Assembly: GCA_028534125.1 (NCBI GenBank) | Contig: CM052829.1 | Coordinates: forward strand, 38,936,001-39,000,000 | Source of the DNA: Lama glama | Lineage: Eukaryota | Direction of reading: 5' to 3' | DNA: 64,000 nucleotides | Shown here: piece by piece, positions 38,750-52,900 of the stretch | Layout: each line of letters begins with the position of its first letter | Numbering within the stretch: the stretch's first letter is position 1 | Program-made: the position numbers and the translations under genes | The notes under the pieces: generated by a model | Seen by the model: the letters and a program-made list of their open reading frames with translations, nothing else | Told to the model about the DNA's origin: nothing | Database searches by the model: none

Positions 38750-39102
38750 TTAAACATTTATCTTTTAACATGCATTTTCCTCCAATTGTAATGAATCTTG
38801 TCAGTAAGTCAGGGTATTCCTGTCACAGTGTGCTAGAAACTTCTCTCTTCCCTAGCATAGTGGTTCTTCTGCTGCTATTCTAAGGTGTTTTATGGGCACA
38901 GTTTGAGTAATATCATTGTTTCCTTAGAATGTGCCTAGGACTAATCCCATTAAATCAGTGCATGTAGATATGTATGTGCATGTATGTCTGTATGCCTGTA
39001 TAAGAAATTCCATTGCAGCAAAACTGGTTAGATTGCAGATCTCTGCACAATGAAACTGTTCGGACAGCTTGTTTATTTCAAGCACTCCATTAATACTCTT
39101 TT

Positions 39103-41001
<1,899 letters not shown>

Positions 41002-43362
41002 TTAATACTCTTTTGACCTCCTATAAACTTAGACTTCTTAAGTGTCAAAATGAATAAAATTATTTCTAACATCTGAAAAAAATACAACTATTTTTATTAA
41101 CAGTCAGAGGGAAAAAATAGGGACATATTCAGGACTTAAGGGAATGCTCTATCCTAATTTTTGTATAAAGGACTTAAATAAGTATAGGTAATTGCACAAT
41201 AAAATTCAACTAGATGAATCAAGAAAGAAACCTTTTACTTCATGTGTATATTATCTTGATTTGGATTTAGAAAGCCTTAATTAACTGGAATTCAGTAAAG
41301 TGAAATTGTAAGGAACCATCGTTTGCTTTCTTAGGATTTCTCTGTAAGAAGAAGAAAGACAAATCACAGAAATTGGCAGGATGCATGGTGGTCCAATTGA
41401 GAAAAGATTGTGACTGCACCATATTTCTGCTAAGGGTCTATGAGTAGCTCTAAAATACAAACAAGAAACAACAACTCATTTCAAAGACTTTAAAAGACAA
41501 CATAATAATTGCAGGGTGTTTCTTAGGGTCAACGTAGGTTCACATCAATATGTCATACTTTTCCAGATAAATCTACACAACCATTTAATTGTAATTGTTA
41601 TCAGTGACTCTAAGGCACTGTAACATTTTCTGTCATAAAAGAGGTTAAAGCAATTTTTATATACTATATTTACTAAAGTAGGAAAACTACTAAAATATTA
41701 GAAAAATGATCAACCATTAAGTTTGAAATAAAAAAGGATTTCGTTTGAGTCCGTCTGAAGTTTTCATTCTTTAGAAGATCTTGTTCCTCTAATTTCAGGC
41801 AGTCACTGACTTAATTTTACATTTTGTTTGAGGCCAAGTATTGTAATTGTAAAATGCATTTCAATAGATAAAAGCATAAGTTATTTAGGAATTACTAGAA
41901 ATCTAAATAAAATTTAAAGTTTCAAAATAAGAGTGTCATGGACTTTAAACCACCTTTATGCTCCCAAGTTAATTATACATGTAGTCATGACCATATGCTT
42001 TTCACAATGTATACACTGTGTTTTAAACTGTTATCAATGCTCATTCAGTCAACAGGGAAGGTCTCAAATCCCTGGAAAATATTATCTGTCTGATTTTGTA
42101 ATATCCATAACAAAGGAAATTTAGCCAGGCATCCCATTCTAGATTTACTGTGGACGACAGGTTTGACAGGAAGAAGAATATGATTTACAAATTGAAGAAC
42201 AGAATATCAAAGTGAGTAGATATTTTTTAAAAACATTTAAAATAGACCTCTGTATAAAAAGCTGATAAAAGTATTATATGAAAGATGGGAGCTATCTCTT
42301 TAAGTTGATTTATGTGGTCAGTATTAACATTTAATATATCAATATTGTGTGTGCTATATGTTCTTTGGTAATCTTCTGTTTTCATGGACAAGCTCAGTAT
42401 ATAAATGTGCACCTATTGGCAGTAAATTCCGTCTTTCTCTTATGCCAGGCCTTAACAAATACATTTTGGATTTTAGGCATATATGCAGTGGGGGTTTTTT
42501 CCCCACAAATTAATTATTTTATAAAGATTCTATGAGGTCTCCTTGTTGTAAATATTATGAAAGTATGCTTAGAGCCTGTGGTGGCAGTGGGGAGGTATTG
42601 TCTATCAAAGGGAGACCATTTTCTTCTGGTGATTAACTCAGAATCACCAAGCAATACCCTTTGGGTCCAATTTCCTGATACGTGGTTTGCAGTGGCTAAT
42701 TGCTAAAGGACCTCTTTATGATTCTATAAAACAATTATCTCTGAAATTTCATTTTCAAACAAAAAAATACAGGAAATTTGGGATCTTTTAAAATAGGAAC
42801 TTAAGAAAACAGGAGTTAGGAAAATATAAATGGATGTTAATCCAAGATATACCCTTTTATCATGAAAATTTTTACTCAGAACTAGGTAAAATTAGAATCC
42901 CAGCCTCAGTATCTGCATGTGTTGAATATTTTTTTGGTTTTAATATGCTTTAGTACACTGTTGTGCCAGCACTAACAAAATGAGTTTTCAAGCAATGGTG
43001 TTTTCCCTAAGGAGAAAATTAAATGCTGGTTTGGTCTGTGTAGGAAGTGTGTAGGCGGGACTCTCAACTTTCAGGAAAATTTCTGTTTTTATGAAAAGAT
43101 ATTTTCCAGCTTCCCTTTGAATTACTTGCCTGAAAACAGTGAAAAAGACTATGAAAATGGAATTGTCATGGTGACTTGCTTGATGGCAGAGGTGATCTGT
43201 GGCTGCTTCCACCTTTGCTGTAGTTGAGAGCAGAATCTAGGAGGAAAGAGAGAGGAGGTGTCACAGTAAGGTTGGGGAGGCAGTGGGCCCAAAGCTGCTT
43301 TAGAACGTGGTCTGATTGACAAGATCGCCTTGAGAGCTCTCGGTTGTTGACACCTGGTACCT

Positions 43363-43768
43363 GGTATGGGTTGAGCTGAGTCCCACCAAAATTCGTCTGT
43401 TGAAGTCCTAACCCCTAGTACCTCAGGATATGACTTTATGTGGAGACAGAGGCTTTACCAGGGAAATCAAGTTTACATGAGGTCATTAAGGTGGGCATTT
43501 CTCCAATATAACTGGTGTTCCTACAAAAGGGGGAAATTTGGAGACAGACACATATACAGGGAGAATACCATCGGCACATGAAAAGTGCCATCACCAAGCC
43601 AAGGGGTAAGTCCTGGAACCGATCTTTCCCTCACAGTCCTCAGAAGGAGCCAACCCTGCCAACATCTCGATTTTGGATTTCTAGCCTCCAGAATTGGGAG
43701 ACGAGTTCCTGTTAATTAAGCTACCTGGTTTGTTGTACTTTGTTCAGCAGCCCTAGCAAACAGTACAA
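43363..43768 (+). mobile_element. MaLR MLT1B-like solo LTR
   Basis: tatgggttgagctgagtcccaccaaaattcgtctgttgaagtcctaacccctagtacctcag...gatctttccctcacagtcctcagaaggagccaaccctgcc...gcagccctagcaaacagtaca. Confidence 0.88.
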
Positions 43769-46330
43769 CCAACCTATATAAATTTAAGGAATAAGTAAGC
43801 AGCAAAAATTCTGATTGTATTTGAGTCATTGCAAAATGAAATTTTTGTGTATTTGTTTGAAATGGAATTGAGTCGGGTTTCTTGTGATTTTATTTGTCAT
43901 CAAAGGAATTTTAACTAAAAACAGTTACATATACATATTTATTCACACACATATGTTGTTAAAAAAAAGTTAAACTATATGTAAATATGGACTATAAAAT
44001 GAAAGTCATTCTTCACTCTTCCCCCAGTTTTAGTTAGCTCCCTAGTGGTTAGCTGTTTGAAATCTAGCATTGTATTTTTACAGTGCTAGATTCTTCATGT
44101 TATACCATACAGACTTGAATGAGATTTCAGCCTGATACTGGAGTTTTGCTAAAACATCACATTTAGAGTCTGTGCTGTAGGACTGTGTTATAAGTGGGAT
44201 CTTACGCTTCTCTTACCTCAACACCATAGATAGGCTATAAAATAGGTAGGCCTTTTATTTTAAATTCCATCCTATAATAATTAATATGTTCAGTGTTTGG
44301 TATATTACCAATCAAGGATGTATTTTTGACAAATCAACTCTCAGTTGGGGTTTTTCCTGAGTTTGTTTTGTTTACTACTAAAAATATTGTCATAGTTAAT
44401 TAAAGAACAACTGACTACCTCTTGTTCAAGCTCTTTCCCAGGAATCAATAATAAATTACTTGCTTTCTATGAATTTTGAATTGGTTATAGTGGAGTGATG
44501 CCCTTTTTATGAGAACTGAGTGAATCAGTAGCTCTCCTACCTGATGTGGGATAGCCTGGGACTTGAGCTATTTAAAGACCTCTGAGTAGACAACCTGAAC
44601 ATTACAGAGTCCACACAAGAAAGCTCAAAGATTTGCTGACAGACATGCCCCCGAGTCCTTAGCTGTTGTTTGTGTACTCATGGTTCCTGCATAGTTCCAA
44701 TTACTTTTCTTGATGTTCCTAAATCCAAAGCAGATTGAAAGTCATAAAAATAAAACGTTTTACTCCTCCTATGCACAATGACAAGACTCAGAAGGAAAAT
44801 CTAAACACTTAGTGGCTAGGAGGGAACAAAAAAACTGTAAAATGCTACAGTAAGTTGAGGTCATTTTTATATTAGAGTATGGTGCTCAAAGTTGCCCTGA
44901 GTCATTTTGAAAAAAATTTTATTGTGATCAATATGCCCTGTTCAAGGTGGTAGAAAATTGTGTAATATATTTGAGAATTATTTCCATTTTAAAACTGTTC
45001 AGATATCAAAAGAAGTTGGTACTTACCAAGGGAAAGATTTAGCAATATCAAAAAATTTGCTCTCTACATAGTTGAGGTTTTATTAGTATCCTAATTAAAG
45101 TATGTCCTTTGCTAAGATGCCTCCATTTATGATTGTACCTTAATTTATTTTACTTAGTAAGATAAAGACTTCATTCCACTGGCTGAAAATAAATTATAAG
45201 GTGATATGAAAGAAAATGTTTGTAGTACTCTACGTAGGCACATTGAAAGCTATATTGTATCAGAATAAGGGATGCCCCCCAATATCAGCATACAGAATTT
45301 CACCAATGAATGGACTTAAGTGAAGGAACTTCATTAAAATGTACGCCTCTAATTTTTGGAGCTCTGCTACTAAAGGGGAAGCAAGAGATCATAAACAAGA
45401 TGGGATATTTTCGGCAATTTTAGATATCTTCTTTTCTTCAGCATCAGATCAATTGGTACATTGTTATTCAAATTGTATTCAAATAGCCCAATGTCAGTTT
45501 AGGATTGTAAAACAAAGGCCAAGAACATATCAGATGAATTTTTCAGTATTATGATTAAATCAAGGTGGTATTTGTCACGTTGAACAAAGAAATTGTCTAA
45601 TGAAATCTACCCCAAGTTTTGAACAGAGGGGTTTATGCTTGCCTGCTATTTGGCGATTCCTTGATAAGACATCTAAGTGTGAAATTATGTGCGCAATGTT
45701 AACAAAGAACAACTTATATTTGTAACAGCATTGTAGGCAGAGGTCTTTCAAAGTGCAAACATACCATCTTTCCTTCCCAAGGAGCTGTTGCGTTGCACAT
45801 ATGCTCTATAAATACCAAGTACAAGGAACCTGGTTTTTAATTACAAAGTAAAATACCATTCCAGAATTGCATAATTGGTGGTTGCCTTTTGCAATGCAAT
45901 GAACATAAGGGAACCTGACATTAAATGTTTGATGTGTTGCCATGACATTTTCTGAAATTTTATTTTGCGCCACTTTTAAGCTGCAAACTATGTTAAATTT
46001 GAATTCCTTGGTGGGTAACAGAGTGATACAGAATTAAAGAATCTAACTGATGTTGGGATGCCTATGCTCATAGATTGTACAGTTCAGATTTTAGAAAAAA
46101 AGGAAATACAGAAATAGAGATACACTAGGGTCTTTATTCTCTCCTTACAGTAGTTATATGTTTTTCTGGATATAGAGGCCTTTTAGTCGGGGAGGGATGT
46201 CTCTAGCTTTCCCTCTGAATAAAGGGAAAGATAACAGAGTGGAGGAAAAGACAGTGGCAGTCACTGCCCACCACATTTGAATGTGCAGGCCACTAAGTAA
46301 AGAGTGTCACAGACCGTGCAGTGTGTATAT

Positions 46331-46527
46331 ATTTGTCGCTCCGTATACACAAGGGGATTTCACATGGATACCAAAATCCATAGAAGCTCAAGTCTGTTAC
46401 GTAAAATGGTGTAGTGCTGCTGGGCCTGTGAGCCGCGGGCTCCGCCTCCATGAGCGCTGCATCCGCGGATTCAGCAGCGCGCGCAGAATCCGGGCACTCG
46501 GAACCCGCGGATTTGGAGGGCCGACTG
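46331..46527. mobile_element. Tigger/MER2-type MITE (~200 bp)
   Basis: gtcgctccgtatac...ggataccaaaatccatagaagctcaagtc...aaaatggtgtagt...acccgcggatttggagggccgactg (terminal inverted repeat). Confidence 0.75.
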
Positions 46528-48794
46528 TGTTCCTGTGCATCATACCATGGCTGGAAGGAGCAGTAGTAGGACTGCTGTTGTTCTAAATCCTCTCCGTTCT
46601 AAAGTGGCTTTTGGAGTTAATATTTGCTCAGCAGGGTTCAATACCACTGCAAATGATGGCAGCACCCCTGTAAACGGGAGGATAACGAACACCAGTTTCC
46701 CTCCTTCCTACACGTGCATTTTCTACACAGGCAACCTTTTATTCCCCACTCCCCAAAGATCTCTGACATCTTGAAAAGTGGAGAGCCCAAATCTTAAAGC
46801 TAGAAGACACTTCAAGACGTCCTCTGTTCTGTTGCTGTAAGAGCAAAAGGCAATTGGGTGTTAAATTTTCTTCCTCATAATAAAATAAGGAGAAAAATAA
46901 ATTCTCAATGGTGAAAATAAAAAATCTTGGGTTATTAATTTACTTATTCCTTCTTAAAGCACCTACCGAGACATAAGGAAAACAGCTCTTCCAGGGTGGG
47001 TAAAATATAACTTGAATACTTCATTAGTTCTGAATTCTTAATGTTCACGTAAGTGCTTAAAGTTCAAAGTAAGTACCGTCAGGAGTGCTGAGAATGAAAT
47101 GGAGCCTGAGGAGGTGGCGAACCACCAGCCCTGCCCAAGCAGCCCTTCATATTTCCCTAAATATTAGTGCTTTTCACTCAGTCACATTTTGGGGTTATTT
47201 CCTTTGCCCCAAACAGAACTTTTTGTTTTCAATGTTATTTATCATTCTGATGATCTAAACGTCAGAAGTAGGGTCACTTAAACACATGGATAACCTAGCT
47301 ATTTTGGCATTTTCCTTGATCTTAGAAACATTGTAAACAGAGCATGGCTGTTTCTGCCTTAATCTGCTGAGAAGTGCTCAAGGCCAACACTTAAATTCTC
47401 TGCCCCCCAACTGCCCCCACCAACCTTGCTTTTTAAAAATGATGCTTTAGTTATTTATTTAAAATATTAAGTTGTTTTTGTTACTGATATAACCAATAAT
47501 ATTTCTTGCATTTATAAAGCAGTATATCTATAAGATATTTATGAAGAAGTATTTATGTTTGCTGTTTTAGAGGGAAGTAAAAGCCTTCCTCAGAATCAGT
47601 CAGCTTCGGCTAGAATCCTAGAGCTAATGACCATTACAGTGTTCCTTTTTGACTATTGCTCTGGGTACCATAAAAAAATTAATCTGTTTCCTAACTAATA
47701 TTCCCCGTTTATATCTTCTCTTTAAATATCTTGCAAAAGTGCACCCAAATTAATTCTATGATGACATGCATGTAGATTGGGTTAGTTTTGAAGGCGTCTA
47801 ATTTAGCCAAATGATTCCACTTAAAAAAATTATGAGTGCTATTTTTTATTGGGTTGAACACCGGAATAATTGATTTAATTACATGTATAAGTGGCTTGAA
47901 GTAATGTTGCAGATGGACAATTTAAAATTATATAAAATTTCCTTGCTTATGTACATTTTTCAAGAGTGATTGCTGATTTAGTGAAACATCTATAAAACAT
48001 AGAGTCAGAAGAGGGCTGAAGATTCTGAGGTTGAAAATGAGAGTTTTAGGAGATGTTATAATCCCAGTTATGTTTCTGTCTGATAACAACATGCAGAAAT
48101 GGGATCTGTTCTGCCAAAGGGAAAAAATATACTCTTCAATGGAGAGTAAATATATATTTTTGCAGTCAGGATTGAAAACATTCCTTTCAGTAAAGGATTG
48201 GCAGCTTTAATTGGCATTGGAAAGCTAAATTTAGCCATTAGACAAATGTAGCAACTGTATTTCACTCAATACACATTTATGCAGCTTTTTCAATAGCGAT
48301 GATTTATACTGCCTTGACCCAGGACACTGAAACATGTAAGCAGAGCATCTCATTTTCTGAAATTAAAACAAAACCAAAAACAGAATCTATCTAAGGAGAT
48401 AAACCAATTTAGAAAAGACCACATCAGTTCAGATGGAGTGAAAATGGCATACGTGATAGATTTTGGCATTCACAGACTATGGCTGTGGAAATTATGAGCC
48501 AATTTTATTTCCTGTTGTTTACAGTGGACTAATGGCATAGAAAGTTCCATAATCTCAGTTAAATTTAATTCCTTATTCATGGTTCTTGGCATATATACCA
48601 AAATATTTGTTGAATTTTTTTGAAGGAATGAATGACACTGAATTGGAGAAAAATTCAAACTGGTTTTATGGGTATTTAGAATCATATTTGATTTTCTCTA
48701 CACCACTAATGTTATTATGAAATTTATCAGCAGTAAGCTATCATGATTATAATATGAGCTTATTTACATAAAACACAGTATAAAAAGCTGACTT

Positions 48795-48950
48795 GGGGGG
48801 AGGGTATAGCTCAAGGGGTAGAGCACATGCTTAGCATGCACAAGGTCCTGGGTTCAATCCCCAGTACTCCCTCTAAACATAAATAAATAAATAAGTAAAC
48901 CTAATTATCTCTCCCCCTAAAAATTAATAAAAATAAACAATTTAAAATAA
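48795..48950 (+). mobile_element. Vic-1-like camelid SINE, full length
   Basis: ggggggagggtatagctcaaggggtagagcacatgcttagcatgcacaaggtcctgggttcaatccccagtac...aaataaataa...cctaattatctctccccc; TSD core gctgactt at 48787-48794 / 48952-48959. Confidence 0.92.
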
Positions 48951-50199
48951 TGCTGACTTATCCTATCTTATATGGTTTTCAGAGGTTCAGTGTGGGCCAA
49001 ATGTCTTTGACCTCTAAGACATCCAATATAGCTAAAAATGATATAGTAAGTTAAGTGAGTGAAGAGTAACTACTTTGTGGATTATTGTGAGCAGGGTTGA
49101 TACAGAGACTTTAAAAATCTATTATCTTGTTTTTAAGTTTCACACCAATAGCTCACATATGCATTTTAACTCCAATAGTCAGCTAAATGTTTGGAAATAA
49201 ATCTGTCTTTCCTTCACCCTCACCTAGACTGTTCTTGCCATCCCCACTGCCTGTCTAAACCTTCAGAGCCAATCCAAAAGGTCACCATCCATGGGCTTGT
49301 CTCCATGAGATCTTTAAAATTCATCCTCAGTATTATAATCTTCATTGAGCTTTTACTTTTTTTCTCCTATTGCGCTGTGCCTAATGGAGTGTTTCGTACA
49401 TAGCAGTTATTTAATAAACATTTGTTGTAGGTCAACCATAAGATACAATTTAGGGTTTTCTTAGGTCAGGAGCTAAGTCTTCTCCTTGTTGATCTCCGCC
49501 TACTCCATGATGATAAAATGTATCCTAAAATAGAGAGAGTGAGCTCACCTCAGTGCTTTGCTAATAACTTTTAAAAATTACGTATAATAGCTAACATTTA
49601 CTTAGATTTTACTAAGTATTAGGCACAGCAAGTTCACTGTGCTAAGACTTTCATAATCATCATTTTAGTTATGTCTCATAATTTTGTTAGAATAGGTAAC
49701 AATGTTCCCCCATTGAGACCTAGATTCATAAGTAGTTTGCTTAATCCTACTCAGCTCACTAATGGCAAAGCAAAGACCTGAACAGCACTTAACTACTGAG
49801 TCTATTGTGCCTATTCAAGTGCTCAAATCAAGTCCAAAAGTAGGAAGGGCTAAGTTTGAGTTCCTACTGCTTGGTTGAGCAAGCAGATTATTTTGATTCC
49901 TTGATGGCTTTTTTAAAACCCAATATTATTAATCAAGTAATACATCTGTAATACTAGGTACATAAAAGTTTTGTGGAAATATTAAGCCAGCTTCTAAATA
50001 TGGCATCTGTGGTAATATGATTCTGTATGTCAATTTTTAATCCAAGAGTTATATTTCATTAAATCAAATGCTATAATTGACAAAATATTTTATATATTAT
50101 CTCATTAGATTCTTACAACCATTGAGTTCAGAAACTATAGTATCTGGCTTTACTGCAGAGGATTTGAGCTTGAGAAAGGTCAGGAAACTTCCATCAAAT

Positions 50200-50325
50200 A
50201 GAGAAGAAAATGTGACAATCAGTGTGTATATGTCCATGTATGACTGGAAAATTGTGCTGAACACTGGAATTTGACACAACATTGTAAAATGATTATAAAT
50301 CAGTAAAAAATGTTATAAAAAATAC
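50200..50325 (+). mobile_element. Heavily 5'-truncated lineage-specific L1 3' end inside a MIR
   Basis: gtatatgtccatgtatgactggaaaattgtgctgaacactggaatttgacacaacattgtaaaatgattataaatcagtaaaaaa resembles the L1 ends at 59383 and 62563. Confidence 0.7.
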
Positions 50326-50377
50326 AGCAAGTAAATGTGCAATAATTAGCTCTTTTTATGACTTCTGATTCTGGAAT

Positions 50378-50413
50378 ATGTATTAATATCTCAACATGTA
50401 TTAATATCTCAAC
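50378..50413. repeat. Perfect 18-bp tandem duplication (atgtattaatatctcaac x2)
   Basis: Directly visible. Confidence 0.95.
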
Positions 50414-51759
50414 ATATGTAAATTCATAATCAAAACTTCACTAAAGTATATTTGCATGTTTAACAAATTACTAATAACAATAATAATAGCAGCTTTACCA
50501 CTTTCACACAGGTTGAGCACATGAATTGTCATCCAAACCAAGACTCCTTGAGAATGGCAAGTGTCAAGTTGGAAAGCTGAGACAACAAGCATAAACTGCA
50601 CCAGCCCAGATAAACTGGGACGTGTGATCCCCCAACAGCACCCATCTTGTGTGAGGTCCTATTCTAAATGCTTCATATGAATTAATTCTCAAACCTGATG
50701 AGGTAGGAATTATACTCATTTTTCAGATGAGCATTTTGTGATGTGTTTATGGTCACACAGCATTTGTGGATTCTTTTCAGTGCTCTGTACTCTACTGCAT
50801 CTCTCTGCTTGCTTAATATAGGGGAAGGGAGAGCAAAGGCCAAAAGGATAAGGACCTGGGAAAAGGCAGATAATGGTTATGAGAATTTAATAGCCGCAAG
50901 TGATAGCTAGCTGTTTTCTAATGCCTGTAGCAGAGTTGGGGGAATAGAAGTTTGTGGGAAGCAGTGGCGATTAACTAAGGAAATACAGACAATATATCCA
51001 ACAGTCTTGCTGGTTACTCTCTTTTTCTTTTTAAATTGCACATTGACATGTAATAGGGGTAGTTTTGATGTACTTGGTGCTCTTAGATATTTAAAGACCT
51101 GTGAGCAATTAGGTGGAGCCTCTAGCAGATGACTTTTTCATGTTTCTAGGTGAGATGAGTGAACCAATCAGAATTAATTTGTTAGTATTAATTGGACCCA
51201 GCCTGGGGTAGACCCCAGTTTCACACTGTGAAAAACCCTTGAGCTTGTCCTGCCTCTGCTAAGGCTAAAGTTTGTTTGTTTTTCTCTAAGTGATTGTCAT
51301 CTGTTTGAAGTCCTGGACCCTTTCTTTAAGTACATTTTTTTTCTTGCCAGCTCTATCCCCTTTTAGTTTGTTGAAAAAAGGTTGTTGGCATTCCACTTCA
51401 CTTGTCAGGCCGCCTATAAAGGCAAAGATTAGAGATCTACAAGTGAAAAGGAATATTTCAACAAACAATGCCTGGTACTTTCATTCTGATCACTTTACAA
51501 ACAAGTGGATGCTTTCTCTATTGTACAAATGACCTCATCAAGGAAAGTAGATTAAGCTCTGGATCACCCTACGCAGAGCTACCCCTGGCGCTTACCGCCA
51601 TCACAGGCCTGTTCTTCCGCTCTTTTCTTTCTTTAAGAAAAAACAAAGACAACTCTAAATAACATTCATCTCATTATTTTTTAAAAATGGTATATTTCTA
51701 TACCTCAAATAGTTAAATGTAAACAAAGTTTTGTTAAGTGTGATAAATTACATTCACAA

Positions 51760-52900
51760 TGATTTTAAAGCATCCTCTCTTTTGCACAGGCATTGTGCTA
51801 GAATTTCTTTCATATCTTATTTAATTCTCAAAATATCCTAGTACCACTTTCCCGTTTTAAACATAAGATAAGCATGGGTCAGAGAGATTACATAACTTGC
51901 ACAAGGTCAACAGTAATTGCTTCAGAAGATAAATATGTTGTCTTGGTTTCTACCAAAATTAAAATTTTTTCAAAAAAAATGCACAAGAATATTTGCACTT
52001 CTCTTTAATAACATATTTAATGATATATCACTTTTGTGCATTTACTGTATACTAATTGTTTTGCTAAATACTTTTTTGTATGTATTTGTATTTTAGCTTT
52101 ACCATAACCTTAGAAAAAAGTCACTATTATCTTCATTTTACAGGTGAGAAAATGGTAGCTAAATAATTTATCCAAGGTGATTGATAAATAGCAGAGCTGG
52201 AATTCAAACCCAGGCCTATATGACATGAAAGGAAACTTAGTTATACTAAATTATTTTCAGTAGTGCAAGTGGAGTCCTTTAATAAAGCACTGATTTTGCA
52301 CAGCATTGATAGGCTTTTTATAATTTTATAAATTTACACTACTTACACAATTTTTTTCCCCGCAAAATTGAATACAGGTTGATGACCTTAAATTTTCTAT
52401 TTGGGATTCTTAACAACTTGTGCCATATGGTAATTTTCTATGTCATTTAGACTCAAAAAGATTTTAAATATCTAAGGAAGTGATTTTAGAAACCAAGCAG
52501 TTCCGTTGCACAAAGGAAATGACACACAGAAAAGTGAGGTTTGTCACCATCACACAGGTTCTAGATGAAACATCTCCTGATTTTGCTGACAGTGCTGAGC
52601 TGTGAGTGGTTTCTACAATCATTTGTATTTTGGATCAGGCCACAGTAATAATAATAGCAACAATAATATTGGTATTACAGCCACTAACTAACTAATAGAG
52701 CTTGGCTATATTCTATGGTTCTGTACATTTATTACCTCATTGAACTCTCAACAACATTGTGAGGCTAGTTCAGTTGTGATTCACATTTTATAGGCAAATG
52801 ATAAAACTCAGAGGTGGTTAAGAATCTTTCAAGATCACTCAGCAGGTAAACTGAAATCAGCCTAGGTCAGGCCAGAGGCTCTTAAGCTCCATGCTATAAT
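51760..52900 (-). mobile_element. Cluster of antisense MIR fragments (~51760-51910, ~52080-52225, ~52670-52900)
   Basis: caggcattgtgcta...aacttgcacaaggtca; cattttacaggtgagaaaa...gcagagctggaattcaaacccagg; ctcattgaactctcaacaac...cacattttataggcaa...aagatcac. Confidence 0.7.

Noticed and set aside
52130-52150. Recursive-splice-like ttttacag|gtgaga (also ttttatag|gtaagg near 60640)
   Set aside because: Both are the standard antisense MIR core sequence
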